Both the position numbers and the translations under genes were made by a program. 64,000 bases of DNA from the NCBI GenBank assembly GCA_051362555.1, contig CM120640.1:30337967-30401966 (forward strand), given 5' to 3'. The notes under the pieces were generated by a model, which saw only the letters and a program-made list of their open reading frames with translations, did no database searches and was not told the origin of the DNA. Positions 39,606-53,097 of this stretch are shown here, one piece after another; positions within the stretch are counted from its first letter, which is position 1; every line of letters starts with the position of its first letter. The stretch is from Lingula anatina (Eukaryota > Animalia > Brachiopoda).

Positions 39606-40124
39606 AAGTCACGGTCACCTCAACCTGTCTATCTATAACAAAATAATAACAAAAGGGTTTTAAAGTAAAAGTGACAGTTGTTTTGTGTCTTTAGTGAACT
39701 AGTGAATTTTTTTAATTTGTTATTCAGAAATACATTCTAATAAACTAAATTCCTTGCAAGGTCAGCTAACACTAGGATGAATAAGTTGCTGTAAATCTGA
39801 TGGAGTGATATAAAGTTGATTGTTCTTGGTAACCTATAATAGATAGACAGGTTGAGGTGACTGTGACTTTGTTGTGATAGATACAATACGAGTCGCTGAG
39901 CTGTACGTGAAATATTACGAGTATATTGGCGAGCCGCAGGCGAGACAATACCTGAGTAATTTTCATGTACAGCTCGGCGATGAGTGTTGTATCTGGCTTA
40001 AACCACGGCCTCTGATTTGCTACTACATTAGTAGTGCAACAGACCGTGGAATGCACTCGTACATGACGTGCTTGTATGTCGAATACAGCACGGTCAAGTC
40101 TTTTGTTCTACGCGCTAGCTGTGG

Positions 40125-40192
<68 letters not shown>
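39349..40192. repeat. Three (TA)n tracts flanking a small inverted-repeat element (39605-39870) and an inverted Crypton-like copy (39874-40128)
   Basis: AAAGTCACGGTCACCTCAACCTGTCTATCTAT / ATAGATAGACAGGTTGAGGTGACTGTGACTTT; internal 39657-39750 also occurs at ~48783-48870. Confidence 0.75.
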
Positions 40193-40196
<4 letters not shown>

Positions 40197-40732
40197 TCTA
40201 AACCTTGGAAATTTTAACATACATTTATACCCTACATATATTTAGCCATCAAACATGTACTACTGCTACACACATCCAGGCTAAAAGGGTGTACCATGCT
40301 TAGGTGCAAAACATGCTTAGGAACTAAATGCGTTGAAAAATCAGACAAAGCAGGCACTTGGTTTTTTTTACAGTGTACATATAATTGTGTACCTGTGTTT
40401 TGTACCAAAAATAAAAACATTTCAGGTCATTTTAATGTCTTTTTATGCAAGAATGTTGTCCAACAACTGGGTTTGATACATTGTTATCTGACGTTGATCT
40501 AATTTTCAAATCCAATGTTAATCCAACATCTTGTCAACGTTGAAGCTCAACATTGTTTCAACGTTGAAACAACAAAATTTCCTGATGTGTGGGGTTGATA
40601 TAACATTGTTTTCTGACATTGATACAACATTGTTATCTGAAGTTGACACAATTTTCAAATCCAATGTTTATCCAATGTCTTCTCAACGTTATGGTTCAAC
40701 GTTGTTTCAATGTTAAAACAACATAATTTGGG

Positions 40733-43700
40733 ACAGTAAACAGAATATAAACAGACACATAGACATACAGTGACAACACCATCCTGCAGAGTAATAATAA
40801 TGATTAAAATCAAATAGAGTGACAAAACTGACCTACATAGTGCTCACAATAAATACAAACACGAACAGTAACATCACCAACAAACACAGTCATCAAAATA
40901 AATACAAACAAACACAATCACTAAACAGACATACGCAGTGATTAGAAAAATAATTCCCATGTACAGTGACAACAGTAACATTTACCATAATAAGAATGAA
41001 CACAAGGAAAAAGAGTGAACATGAAGTCATACACAGTCATCACAATATATACAAACACATTCAGTAACAATACACAATAAACACATAGACACAGCAAATA
41101 CCATATAAACAGACACATAGACATACAGTGACAACACCATCATGCAGAGTAATAGTTATGATTACAAACAAACAGAGTAACAAAACTGACATACACAGTG
41201 CTCACAATAAATACAAACATCAACAGTAACTACACCAACAAACAGTAATCAAAATAAATACAAAGAAACACAGTCACAATACAGACATACACAGTGATCA
41301 GAATAAATGTTGACATGTACAGAGACAACAGTAACGTTCACCCTAATGACAATGAACACAAGAAAAAAGAAAGAAAACATTGATATTTATATTTATATTT
41401 ATATTTTTATTTATTAAAGTGTCGCATATTCTTAAAACATAAAATACAAAAAACAGTATAAAATAAACTACTAATTAAAAGAATACCCAGCCATATTTGG
41501 CTTATGAGACATAGTTAAAAGATTTCCGTCTTTTAAACATTTTAAAAACTGTCACAATAAGTGCTCACAATAAATGCAAACATGAACAGTAACATCACCA
41601 ACAAACACAGTCATCAAAATAAATACAAACAAACACAATCACTAAACAGACATACGCAGTGATTAGAAAAAAAATTCACATGTACAGTGACAACAGTAAC
41701 ATTTACCATAATAAGAATGAACACAAGGAAAAAGAGACAAAATGAAGTCATACACAGTCATCACAATATATACAAACACATTCAGTAACAATACACAATA
41801 AACACATAGACACAGCAAATACCATATAAACAGACACATAGACATACAGTGACAACACCATCATGCAGAGTAATAGTTATGATTACAAACAAACAAAGTA
41901 ACAAAACTGACAAACACAGTGCTCACAATAAATACAAACATCAACAGTAACTACACCAACAAACAGTAATCAAAATAAATACAAAGAAACACAGTCACAA
42001 TACAGACATACACAGTGATCAGAATAAATGTTGACATGTATAGAGACAACAGTAACGTTCACCCTAATGACAATGAACACAAGAAAAAAGAAAGAAAACA
42101 TTTATATTTATATTTATATTTATATTTATATTTTTATTTATTAAAGTGTCGCATATTCTTAAAACATAAAATACAAAAAACAGTATAAAATAAACTACTA
42201 ATTAAAAGAATACCCAGCCATATTTGGCTTATGAGACATAGTTAAAAGATTTCCGTCTTTTAAACATTTTAAAAACTGTCACAATAAGTGCTCACAATAA
42301 ATGCAAACATGAACAGTAACATCACCAACAAACACAGTCATCAAAATAAATACAAACAAACACAATCACTAAATAGACATACGCAGTAATTAGAAAAAAA
42401 ATTCACATGTACAGTGACAACAGTAACATTTACCATAATAAGAATGAACACAAGGAAAAAGAGACAAAATGAAGTCATACACAGTCATCACAATATATAC
42501 AAACACATTCAGTAACAATACACAATAAACACATAGACACAGCAAATACCATATAAACAGACACATAGACATACAGTGACAACACCATCATGCAGAGTAA
42601 TAGTTATGATTACAAACAAACAAAGAAACAAAACTGACAAACACAGTGCTCACAATAAATACAAACATCAACAGTAACTACACCAACAAACAGTAATCAA
42701 AATAAATACAAAGAAACACAGTCACAATACAGACATACACAGTGATCAGAATAAATGTTGACATGTACAGAGACAACAGTAACGTTCACCCTAATGACAA
42801 TGAACACAAGAAAAAAGAAAGAAAACATTGATATTTATATTTATATTTATATTTATATTTTTATTTATTAAAGTGTCGCATATTCTTAAAACATAAAATA
42901 CAAAAAACATTATAAAATAAACTACTAATTAAAAGAATACCCAGCCATATTTGGCTTATGAGACACAGTTAAAAGATTTCCGTCTTTTAAACATTTTAAA
43001 AACTGTCTTAGCTAATAAAAACTGGTATTTGCAATTCATAATAAAAACAAATTTTTCTGTATCACTATAATTGCTAAAACATGGATTAAGATAGTGACAT
43101 TGATCTAAAATTTCTTGTTGAAAATCTGAATAAAAAGGACATATTAAAAGAAAGTGAATCTCATCTTCTGTATTTTTTCTATCACAATAAAAACATACTC
43201 TTTCATTTAAAGGGGTTCGTATAAAACGGCCAGATTCTACATGTAAAGGTAGACTGCCACAGCGCAACTTAGCTAAAATGCTACGGTAAGGTCTTGGCAT
43301 TGCACAGTGAAGATATGTCTCCATTTTCAAATCTTTTTTGAAGGATCTATAATGTCTCAGTTTATTTCCATTGGGGTTTCCTTTGTCATTCCACAATTTA
43401 CAAAACCATTTCTGTTCGTAAAATTGAAAAAGAGACCTTTTAATCTCTTTTTTAGCATTTTTAAATACATAAGACTCATTGCTTAACATGCTGTTCAGTT
43501 TAAATTGAGTGAGAAGTTTAATGGTTTTCACACCCCAAGAGCATTTCTTCTTTACTGACCAATTAAAAACTTTACTTAAAATGCGGCCGTTGTTTACATT
43601 TTTAAGTCTACAATAGTATCTGAACACTTCTATGTGTTGAACTGCTAGGCTAGGCATCCACCCCATGTCACCCTGCTTTGCCACATTAGACGTTGTTTTG

Positions 43701-46700
43701 GTTACGCCAAGGCAGATACGCATCGCGCGAGTTTGAACATTGTTGACAAATCGATATTCTTTTTGTCCCCATAATGATGCACAGAACATTAAAACTGGTT
43801 CTACTGAAGACTAATATAGTTGTGTGAAAATGGCATAGGTCATGCCACAGCTTTCAAAATATTTTGCTGTCAAGACGCCAAGTGATCTACTGGCTGCTTT
43901 CTACATACCCATACACAGTCTTCACAAAATGTACAAACACATTCAGTAACAACACAGAATAGACACAGCAAACAGAATATGACATACACAAACTGACATA
44001 CACAGTGCTCAAAATAAATACAAACACTCACAATTAAAACACAAATATACATAGTGACATACATAGTATGTACAAACTCATTCAGTAACAGTACACAATA
44101 GACACAGCAAACAGAGCATAAACAGACACATAGACATACAGTGACAACACCATCATGCAGAGTAATAGCAATGATTAAAAACAAATAGAGTATGAAAACT
44201 GACATACACAGTGCTCACAATAACTACAAACATCAACAGTAATAACACCAACAAACACAGTAATCAAAATAAATACAAACAAACATAGTCACAAAACAGA
44301 CAAACACAGTGATTAGAAAAAAAATTCACATGTACAGTGACAACAATGACATTCACCATAATGAGAATGAACACAAGGAAAAAGAGTGAAAAAATTTCAA
44401 ATATACAGGGCCAAGAGTAACATTCAGCTATGACAATGAATACAAGGTAAAAGAGTGAAAACAAAGTCGTACACAGTCATCTCATTATGAACAAACACAT
44501 TCAGTAACAATACAGAATAGAAACAGCAAACAGCATATAAACAGACACATAAACATATAGTGACAACACCATCATGCAGAGTAATGGTAATGATTACAAA
44601 CAAATAGAGTAAAAAAACTGACATACACAGTGCTCACAATAAATACAAACATCAACAGTAACAACACCAACAAACACAATAATCAAAATAAATACAAAGA
44701 AACACAGTCACAATACAGTCATACACAGTGATCAGAATAAATTTTGATATGTACAGTGACAATAATAACATTCACCATAATAAGAATGAACACAACGAAA
44801 AAGAGTGAAAACGAAGTTGTACACAGTCATCTCATAATGTACAAACACAATCAGTAACAATACAGAATAGACACAGCAGACAGAATATAAAGAGACAAAT
44901 AGAGATACAGTGATAACACCATCATGCAGAGTAATAGTAATGATTACAAACAAATACAGTGACAAAACTGACACACACAGTGCTCACAATAAATACAAAC
45001 ACAAACAGGGACAACACAAACATGCACAGTAACCAAAATAAATAAAAACAAACACAGTAAAAATACAGACAAACACATTAATTAGAAACAAATTTCACTT
45101 GTACAGTGACAACAGTAACATTTACCGTAATGAGAATGAACACAATGCAAAAGAGTGAAAACGAAGTTGTACACAGTCATCTCATAATGTACAAACACAT
45201 TCAGTAAGAATACATAATAAACACAGGAAACAGAATATAAACACACACATAGACCTACAGTGACAACACCATTATGCAGAGTAATAGTAATGATTACAAA
45301 CAAATAAGAGTGACAAAACTGACATACAGAGTACTCACAATAAATACAAACACGAACAGTAACATCACCAACAAACACAGTAATCAAAATAAATAAACAC
45401 AAATGCAGTCACAAAACAGACATACACAGTGATTGGAAAAAAATTTATCATGTACAGTAACAACAGTAACATGCACCATAATGAGAACGAACACAACGAA
45501 AAAAAGTTAAAAACATAGCCGCACACAGTCATCACAGTATGTACAAACTCATTCAGTAACAATACAGAAAAGACACAGCAAACAGAATATAAACAGACAC
45601 ATAGACATACAGTGAAAACACCATAATGCAGAGTAATAGTTATGATTACAAACAAATAGAGTATGAAAACTGACATACACAGTGCTCACAATAACTACAA
45701 ACATCAACAGTAATAACACCAACAAACACAGTAATCAAAATAAATACAAACAAACATAGTCACAAAACAGACAAACACAGTGATTAGAAAAAAAATTCAC
45801 ATGTACAGTGACAACAATGACATTCACCATAATGAGAATGAACACAAGGAAAAAGAGTGAAAAAATTTCAAATATACAGGGCCAAGAGTAACATTCAGCT
45901 ATGACAATGAATACAAGGTAAAAGAGTGAAAACAAAGTCGTACACAGTCATCTCATTATGAACAAACACATTCAGTAACAATACAGAATAGAAACAGCAA
46001 ACAGCATATAAACAGACACATAAACATATAGTGACAACACCATCATGCAGAGTAATGGTAATGATTACAAACAAATAGAGTAAAAAAACTGACATACACA
46101 GTGCTCACAATAAATACAAACATCAACAGTAACAACACCAACAAACACAGTAATCAAAATAAATACAAAGAAACACAGTCACAATACAGTCATACACAGT
46201 GATCAGAATAAATTTTGATATGTACAGTGACAATAGTAACATTCACCATAATAAGAATGAACACAACGAAAAAGAGTTAAAAACATAGCCCTACACAGTC
46301 ATCACAGCATGTACAAACTCATTCAGTAACAATACAGAAAAGACACAGCAAACAGAATATAAACAGACACATAGACATACAGTGAAAACACCATAATGCA
46401 GAGTAATAGTAATGATTACAAACAAATAGAGTGACAAAATTGACCTACATAGTGCTCACAATAAATACAAACACGAACAGTAACATCACCAACAAATACA
46501 GTAATCAAAATAAATACAAACAAACACAGTCACTAAACAGACATGCACAGTGATTAGAAAAAAATTTCACATGTACAGTGACAGCAGTAACATTTACCAT
46601 AATAAGAATGAACACAAGGAAAAAGAGTGAAAACGAAGTCATACACAGTCATCACAATATATATACAAACACATTCAGTAACAATACACAATAAACACAT

Positions 46701-47645
46701 AGACACAGCAAATACCATATAAAAAGACACATAGACATACAGTGACAACACCATCATGCAGAGTAATAGTTATGATTACAAACAAACAGAGTAACAAAAC
46801 TGACATACACAGTGCTCACAATAAATACAAACATCAACAGTAACTACACCAACAAACAGTAATCAAAATAAATACAAAGAAACACAGTCACAATACAGAC
46901 ATACACAGTGATCAGAATAAATGTTGACATGTACAGAGACAACATTAACGTTCACCTTAATGACAATGAACACAAGAAAAAAGAAAGAAAACATACCCAT
47001 GCACAGTCATCACAATATGTACAAACACGTTCAGTAACAATACAGAATAGACACAGCAAACAGAATATGATATACACAAAGCGACATTCACAGTGCTCAT
47101 AATGAATACAAACACTCACAGTTAAAACACAAACATACACAGTGATCACAAAAATACAAACGCAAACACTGACAAAACAAACATGCACAGTAATAATAAT
47201 GATTACAAACAAATAGGACAAACAATTAAACATTGATCAGAATTATATGCAGACAAAAACAGTAGCAACACAAACATACACAGTGCTCAAAATAAATATT
47301 ATCATATAAGGTGACAATAGTAAAATGCACCCTAATGGCAATGAACACAAGAAAAGAGAGAGAAAACATAGCCATACACAGTCATCACAATATGTAGAAA
47401 CACATTCAGTAACAATACAGAATAGACATAGCAAACAGAATATGACAGTGACAGTGACAACGCCAACATGCACAGTTAAAATAATGACTAGAAATAAATA
47501 AACTTACAAAACTGACATCCACATCGCTGACAACAAATACAAACACAAACAGTGCCAACACTAAAATGCACAGTAATCAAAATGACCACAAACAAATAGA
47601 GTAACAAAACTGACGTACCCAGTGCTCACAATATATACAAACAAG
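40733..47645 (+). repeat. Second + orientation satellite array with 727-bp and 1471-bp periodicities
   Basis: ORF offsets 41663->42390 = 727; 44264->45735 and 44424->45895 = 1471. Confidence 0.95.
42829..43902 (-). mobile_element. 5'-truncated LINE (RTEX-like ORF2 C-terminus, 277 aa open) with (AATATA)n tail
   Basis: GDMGW, KLRHYRSFK, LAKLRCGSLPLHVESGRF..ERVCFYC..EDEIHFLLICPFY; ACAT on both flanks; tail copies at 41380-41555 and 42101-42282. Confidence 0.88.
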
Positions 47646-47667
47646 AAGATTAACAAAGATCTGCCTT

Positions 47668-48577
47668 ATGGTGTTGTCACTGTATGTACATGTGTCTTTT
47701 TATATTCTGTTTGTTTGTCAGTGTTTGGGTTTGGGTTTTTTGTGATCACAGTGTATGTTTGTGTTGTTACTGTTGGTGTTTGTATTCATTGTGAGCACTA
47801 TGTATGTCTGTTTTGTTGGTGTTGGTGTTGTCACTGTCATCATAGTTTATTTGTCCATTTATACTCTGATTACTGTTTCCATTCTGTATTGTCATTGAAT
47901 TTGTTTGTATATATATTGTGATCACTGTATATAACTGTGTAATTACCTGATTAATTTGTGTTCATTCTTTTTACTGTGCATGGTTGTGTTGTCACAATAC
48001 ATGTCAAAATTTATTCTGATCACTGTGTATGTCTGTATGGTGTCTGTGTTTGTTTGTAGTCATTTTGATTATTGTGCACGTTACTATTATCACTGTGCAT
48101 GTTAATATTTATTTTGATTACTGTTTATGTCAGTTTGTCACTCTATTTGTTTATAATCATTACTATTATTCTGCATGATAATGTTGTTCACTATATGTCT
48201 ATGTGTCTGTTTATATTCTGTTTGCTGTGTCGATTTTGTATTGTTACTGAATGTGTTTGTACATATTGTGATGACTCTTTTTTACTCTTTTTACTTGTTT
48301 TCATTATCATTACGGTGAACATTACTGTTGTCACTGTACATGTGAATTTCTTTCTACTGCGTATGTCTGTATTGTGACTGTGTTTGTTTGTATATATTTT
48401 GATTACTGTTTGTTGGTGTTGTTACTGTTCGTGTTTGTATTTATTGTGAGCACTATGTACGTCAGTTTTGTCACTCCATTTGTTTTTATTCATTATTATT
48501 ACTCTGCATGATCGTGTTGTCACTGTATGTCTATTTGTCTGTTTATATTCTGTTTGCTGTGTTTATTCTGTATTGTA
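47668..48577 (-). repeat. Satellite, inverted orientation (terminal block)
   Basis: G/T-rich reverse-complement monomers, similar to 37440-37710. Confidence 0.92.
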
Positions 48578-48578
48578 A

Positions 48579-48700
48579 CCTCCGGCAAGCAATTTTACGT
48601 AAAATCAACGTTGATCCAGCCACGTCAAAACACCGTCATAATGTGACGTTGACTCAACGTTGTATTTTGTTCATTGACACAACCTTGCAGACATGGATTG
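48579..48700. mobile_element. Short transposon-end fragment with CAACGTTG repeats
   Basis: CCGGCAAGCA..TCAACGTTGA..ACGTTGACTCAACGTTG at the array boundary. Confidence 0.4.
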
Positions 48701-49153
48701 TAATTTAAAATATTAATTATTGAAAACGTGACACTTTGTTTATCAATTCTGTAACTAACTTTATCAAAATAATTAAAAAGTGTTTTAAAGTAAAAGTCAC
48801 AGTTGTTTTGTGTCTTTAGTGAACTAGTGAATTTTCTTAACTTGTTATTCAGAAATACATTCAAATAAACTGAATTTTACCATGGCCTATAGGAGCCTAC
48901 GTGTGCGTCTTTTAGACGCCCCTTAACAAATGAAAACAACATGCACCGCGTCTATTTTGTACGTTATTGAGCCCTATAGCAGCGAAACTTACACCACCTT
49001 CGTCTTTTACTACAGAGCTTTGAGGCCCGAAAATGATATGGCTGAGTCTGTTTCGCCACATACTGAACTGCATAGATGCGAGATTAACACAACCCATGTC
49101 GCGTTCGTTTCTTTGAGCTTGAAATGGCTATGTTATAAAACGTCATTCACTAA

Positions 49154-50270
49154 TACCCCCGTCACACTTATTTGGAATCAGCAGGAATGAAGAAGAATGA
49201 GCCTGATCAAAGAATTTTTAAAATTCGCACCACATTCGTGGAAAAATTTCAAATTGACCTTAATTATTGTAAAAGTACCGTTGGAATACTCAGAATGCGC
49301 TTGAATTCGCCTGGAACTTTCGACTGTATTAGCTCTCAAAAGCAGTTCGAATGTAGTTGGAAAACTAGGAATATTTATGATGCTGTAAGAAGGCAGTAAG
49401 AATATTTAGAATATACTTTGAACGGCGCACTAGGGTAGTTCGATTGCTGGCAACATAAATATTTCAGCTCATCCGAGGCACATTCGAAACATTCTGGCGG
49501 GATATAAAAGCCCCGTCACACTAGAGGCGGAATGATTAAGAATGGCGTCTGAAAAACAATTCTTTGTGCACTCCAGGATATTCGAAGAGCATTCTAAAAA
49601 CATTCTAAAAACTCTGAGTGCATTCCAAATATTTTTACCCATTCTTATGGCCAGCTCGAATGTTTTTGTCATGTCAAAAACTTTCGAAGTGCACTCCAAG
49701 AGGAAATTTATCGCAATATCCCTACAGTATTCCAACTACATTCGAGCTGCATTTGAGAGGTAATAAACCTAGCTGGAATGTGCAAAAACATTCCAGGCGG
49801 GTTCGATGTGCATTCTTGGTATTCCAGAGGCATTCTTATAAAGCCGTAATATTTTGCGATAATTTGAAATTCCCTCCCGAATATGGTACGAATTTTTTAA
49901 TTTAGTAATTTCGGCTTGATTCCTACTGGTTTCGAATAAGATTGACGGGGGCTTTAAGTCACTTGTCAGTTCGAATATTCCTCTAATGTGATCAGAATGT
50001 TTCGAATGCTGTCGGAATGCCGTGAGAATGTTTATAATGCAGTCATAGTGCAGTTAGAATACTGTTCAAATGCCATTTGATGAATTTCAACTTAGACTGC
50101 ACTTCGAAAGTTTTTGACATGACAAAAACATTCGGGATGCCACAAGAATGGGTAAAAATATTTAGAATGCACTCGGAATTTTAGAATGCTCTTCGAATAT
50201 CCAGGAGCGCAAAAAGAATTGTCTTTCCGACGGCATTCTCGCTCATTCCGCCTCTAGTGTGAAGGGGGTA
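49154..50270. mobile_element. PIF/Harbinger foldback element (GAATG/CATTC-rich), TAA TSD, with a related nested copy at ~49509-49953
   Basis: TACCCCCGTCACACT / AGTGTGAAGGGGGTA; TAA at 49151-49153 and 50271-50273; 49510-49750 is inverted at ~50090-50265. Confidence 0.82.
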
Positions 50271-51679
50271 TAATGCCCATAGATGCGAAATTGACCAGAC
50301 CCAGACGCATACAACATTTCACAAGGAAAAAAATTGATCCCGTACGGTGGATAACGCGGTACAAAGGGGTAGGGGGTGGACTCAACTACAATTCATATCA
50401 AGTATTAAATAACATACAGATTTTGCTCCGCATGTTACATTAAAACACACCGCCAAGCCATCACATGCATTAGTATCTAAGAACAACCACCGACACCTGT
50501 GCCAACTGAACTCTGGGTCGAGTTGCTTAGGATGTTTAAAAACAGTAAAGTGAAGGCAAAATAATTCACCGTTTCATTAAAAACATTACCAAACTAGTAT
50601 GATTACTTGCAAATGTTTCTGTATAAAATTTGATAAATTTTGTTACAATAGATCTTGGTAAAGTGAAGCTGCAAAAGTACTGGGGCTGCAGTATTTGGTC
50701 TTAGGGTCAATCTCAACATGATTGTGACGATGTCCCAAATTACATCATATTGTGCTAGTGGAGACAGTGATGAAAGATAGTAGTCTGGTTGGAACAAGGG
50801 GTGCACGTAAAACCTCCTGACAAGCAATGTGAAGATAAATTTTCTTAATCCATGATGTTTTAATTTTTCTAGGTTTTCCCAGAACAAATCGTTGTGGTTT
50901 ATTTTAACATTATATCACACACTTGGCCTTAAATTAGAACATTTAAAATGGGGATAGGGGAAGGAAATCGTTCATTACATGAAGATGCAACAATGATCTA
51001 TCCACCATTGTGTAGCGAAAGGGTTTCTCTACAGATATATGTAATGTATTAAAGCAAATAGTAATAATGGGCTCCATTTGTCTATGCGTTCGGAACAATT
51101 TACCACAGTGATTTTCTTCCTAATGTGGGCGCAGTGAGAAAGTTCGTTTTGCCCCGTTACTTCCAGCGCACGGCACCCACAGCTGTCTGTATTATGCGCT
51201 TCGGGTGGATTGGAGATTATTATAGGCCTACGTGTAGAACTGAACTTGTGCGTGTTTTATAGAGATAGAGAATTCTTCTCATGAATATCAAATTTAAACT
51301 TGTCTTTTAAGATATGAAACAAGGTAAATTTGTAAAACGTGCCGGTCTTCATGAGTCACCAGTGGTAGACTGCTTGAGGGGGCAGCCAGGACGGCCTGTG
51401 AACAAAAAACAGTAATTTGTATCACTGGCAACAGTACCGAGGGTGTCATTTTGGGAAGGTTTACGAGAAATCTATGAAATACTCCTCTGTGAATCAATTT
51501 TGGGCATCGTTCGATAGGCCTAATATTATTCATATTTATACTTGTTAAATTACCTTAAAAAGTAAATTACATGCATTTGAATACATCTTGAAGTCATTTG
51601 TATGCCTAAAATTCCTGTAAGCTAAATGTACTTTATTAAAGGGGTATAATGAGATGCACGTTTATTTTACTGATAGGCT

Positions 51680-51872
51680 CCCAGATAGCATGTCGCCGGT
51701 GGGTCGACGTTGGGCCGCCGACTCCAACTACGTCGGCCATCCAGCTACTGTCGCCGGTGGGCCTACGTTGGCCTGACCATCGGTCCAACGTTGGCCCACC
51801 AGCGACATACAACTTGAGCGGCCCAACGTCGGCCCAGCAACGACAGTAGCTGGTGGGCCGACGTAGCTTCAC
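51680..51872 (+). mobile_element. CCCAGATAGCA-terminus transposon end with CCAACGTCGG/CCGACGTTGG repeats
   Basis: Same terminus as 11557-11567; palindromic subrepeats. Confidence 0.6.
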
Positions 51873-52886
51873 CGCTTTTATTTTTTTTCTTTATTATTCA
51901 TTAATTAATTGATTTATTAATTTTTTTATAATTATATTATCATTATTATTGTCATATATAATGGACAAAACACAATGTGATATTTCAAGAGTGTTTATTC
52001 TTCTGTTATATTAATGTAGCTACATGATGTATATTTTTCGCGATGCAATACATGTAGGCCTACTTTCTAACTAACGACCAGGGTCCTATGGGGTGAGGGG
52101 GGTGTTCACGGGAAAATTCATCAAATAATAAATTATAGAGAATACATCTTTATTCATATCTCATCGAAAATGCGAGCCCGGTAAGTTGAAAATTACGAAT
52201 GACCGAGCATAATTAGTAGGCCCTACGTTTCACGAACGAGAAGGTATAAAAAGTCACGGGAATGGGATGTTTCACGAATAACGCTCAATATCAAACAAGT
52301 AAAAAATGAACTGCAGCAAAAGACACATCGAACTTTTTTTTAAATATTTTATTATTATTTTTTAATTCTACAAACCGGGAGCCGCCAGTTATTTATGTGT
52401 GTTATTTAATATAAACATTCCAGGCAATTTCCGAGACATTAGACATCATACTGGCTTCCTGACAAGTTGCAAATTTTCCACTTTAGTAAAAATAAACTAG
52501 ATCAATTAGAGTATATGTGAGATGGTACCGGTGCTGCGAGCGAGCGACAGTAAAAAAGTTTTACAGTTGAGTCCGTTCTATATGTTTTTGTCCCAGAATT
52601 TTGATTGTAGATTTTTCTTTCCAAATCATTATTGTTATGGAAGAAGGGGGAGCAGCATAAGATCTCAAGATCGAAAGGAGTCCTTGAAGAATGAACAGCT
52701 TTGTTAATAGCAATCACCGCCAAATGTATTGACATCTACTGTTTATATACTCTGCAACACACATCTTACTACCGCAGAAACACTGTATGTTAATACCAAA
52801 GCGCTATTTCAAGGCCGGTGTGCCAACAATAAATCATACATTTTTTAATTTTATGGTTTACGCTAGTGTATTTTTTTCTGTCACAG

Positions 52887-53097
52887 ACCGATTAAAACAT
52901 TCCCAAAACAAAAAGTCGAAAAAAATGAAACCATGCTCTCGAGACCGAAGAACACTGCCGTCTTCATGGACGAGAAGCCCACCGCCATCCTTGAAAACGC
53001 CAGAAGTCAGACTGAGGCAGGCGTAAGAAAAGATAGCATAGTTGACCCCGAGACCGACTGGGTGGAGGCAGAGAAAAAGAGGTTGGTAAATGTATAA
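52887..53097 (+). CDS. Possible host-gene coding exon, product unknown
   Basis: Strong acceptor TTTTTTTCTGTCACAG, higher GC, open frame PIKTFPKQKVEKNETMLSRPKNTAVFMDEKPTAILENARSQTEAGVRKDSIVDPETDWVEAEKKR(LVNV*). Confidence 0.4.

Noticed and set aside
2600-48377. Dozens of Val/Cys/Leu/Phe/Tyr-rich ORFs resembling membrane or cysteine-rich proteins
   Set aside because: They are translations of the G/T-rich satellite strand, occur in all three frames, and stops and frameshifts vary freely between copies.
11557-51690. The two CCCAGATAGCA termini as ends of one 40-kb transposon
   Set aside because: They face outward: subterminal repeats lie left of 11567 and right of 51680, so they belong to separate elements.
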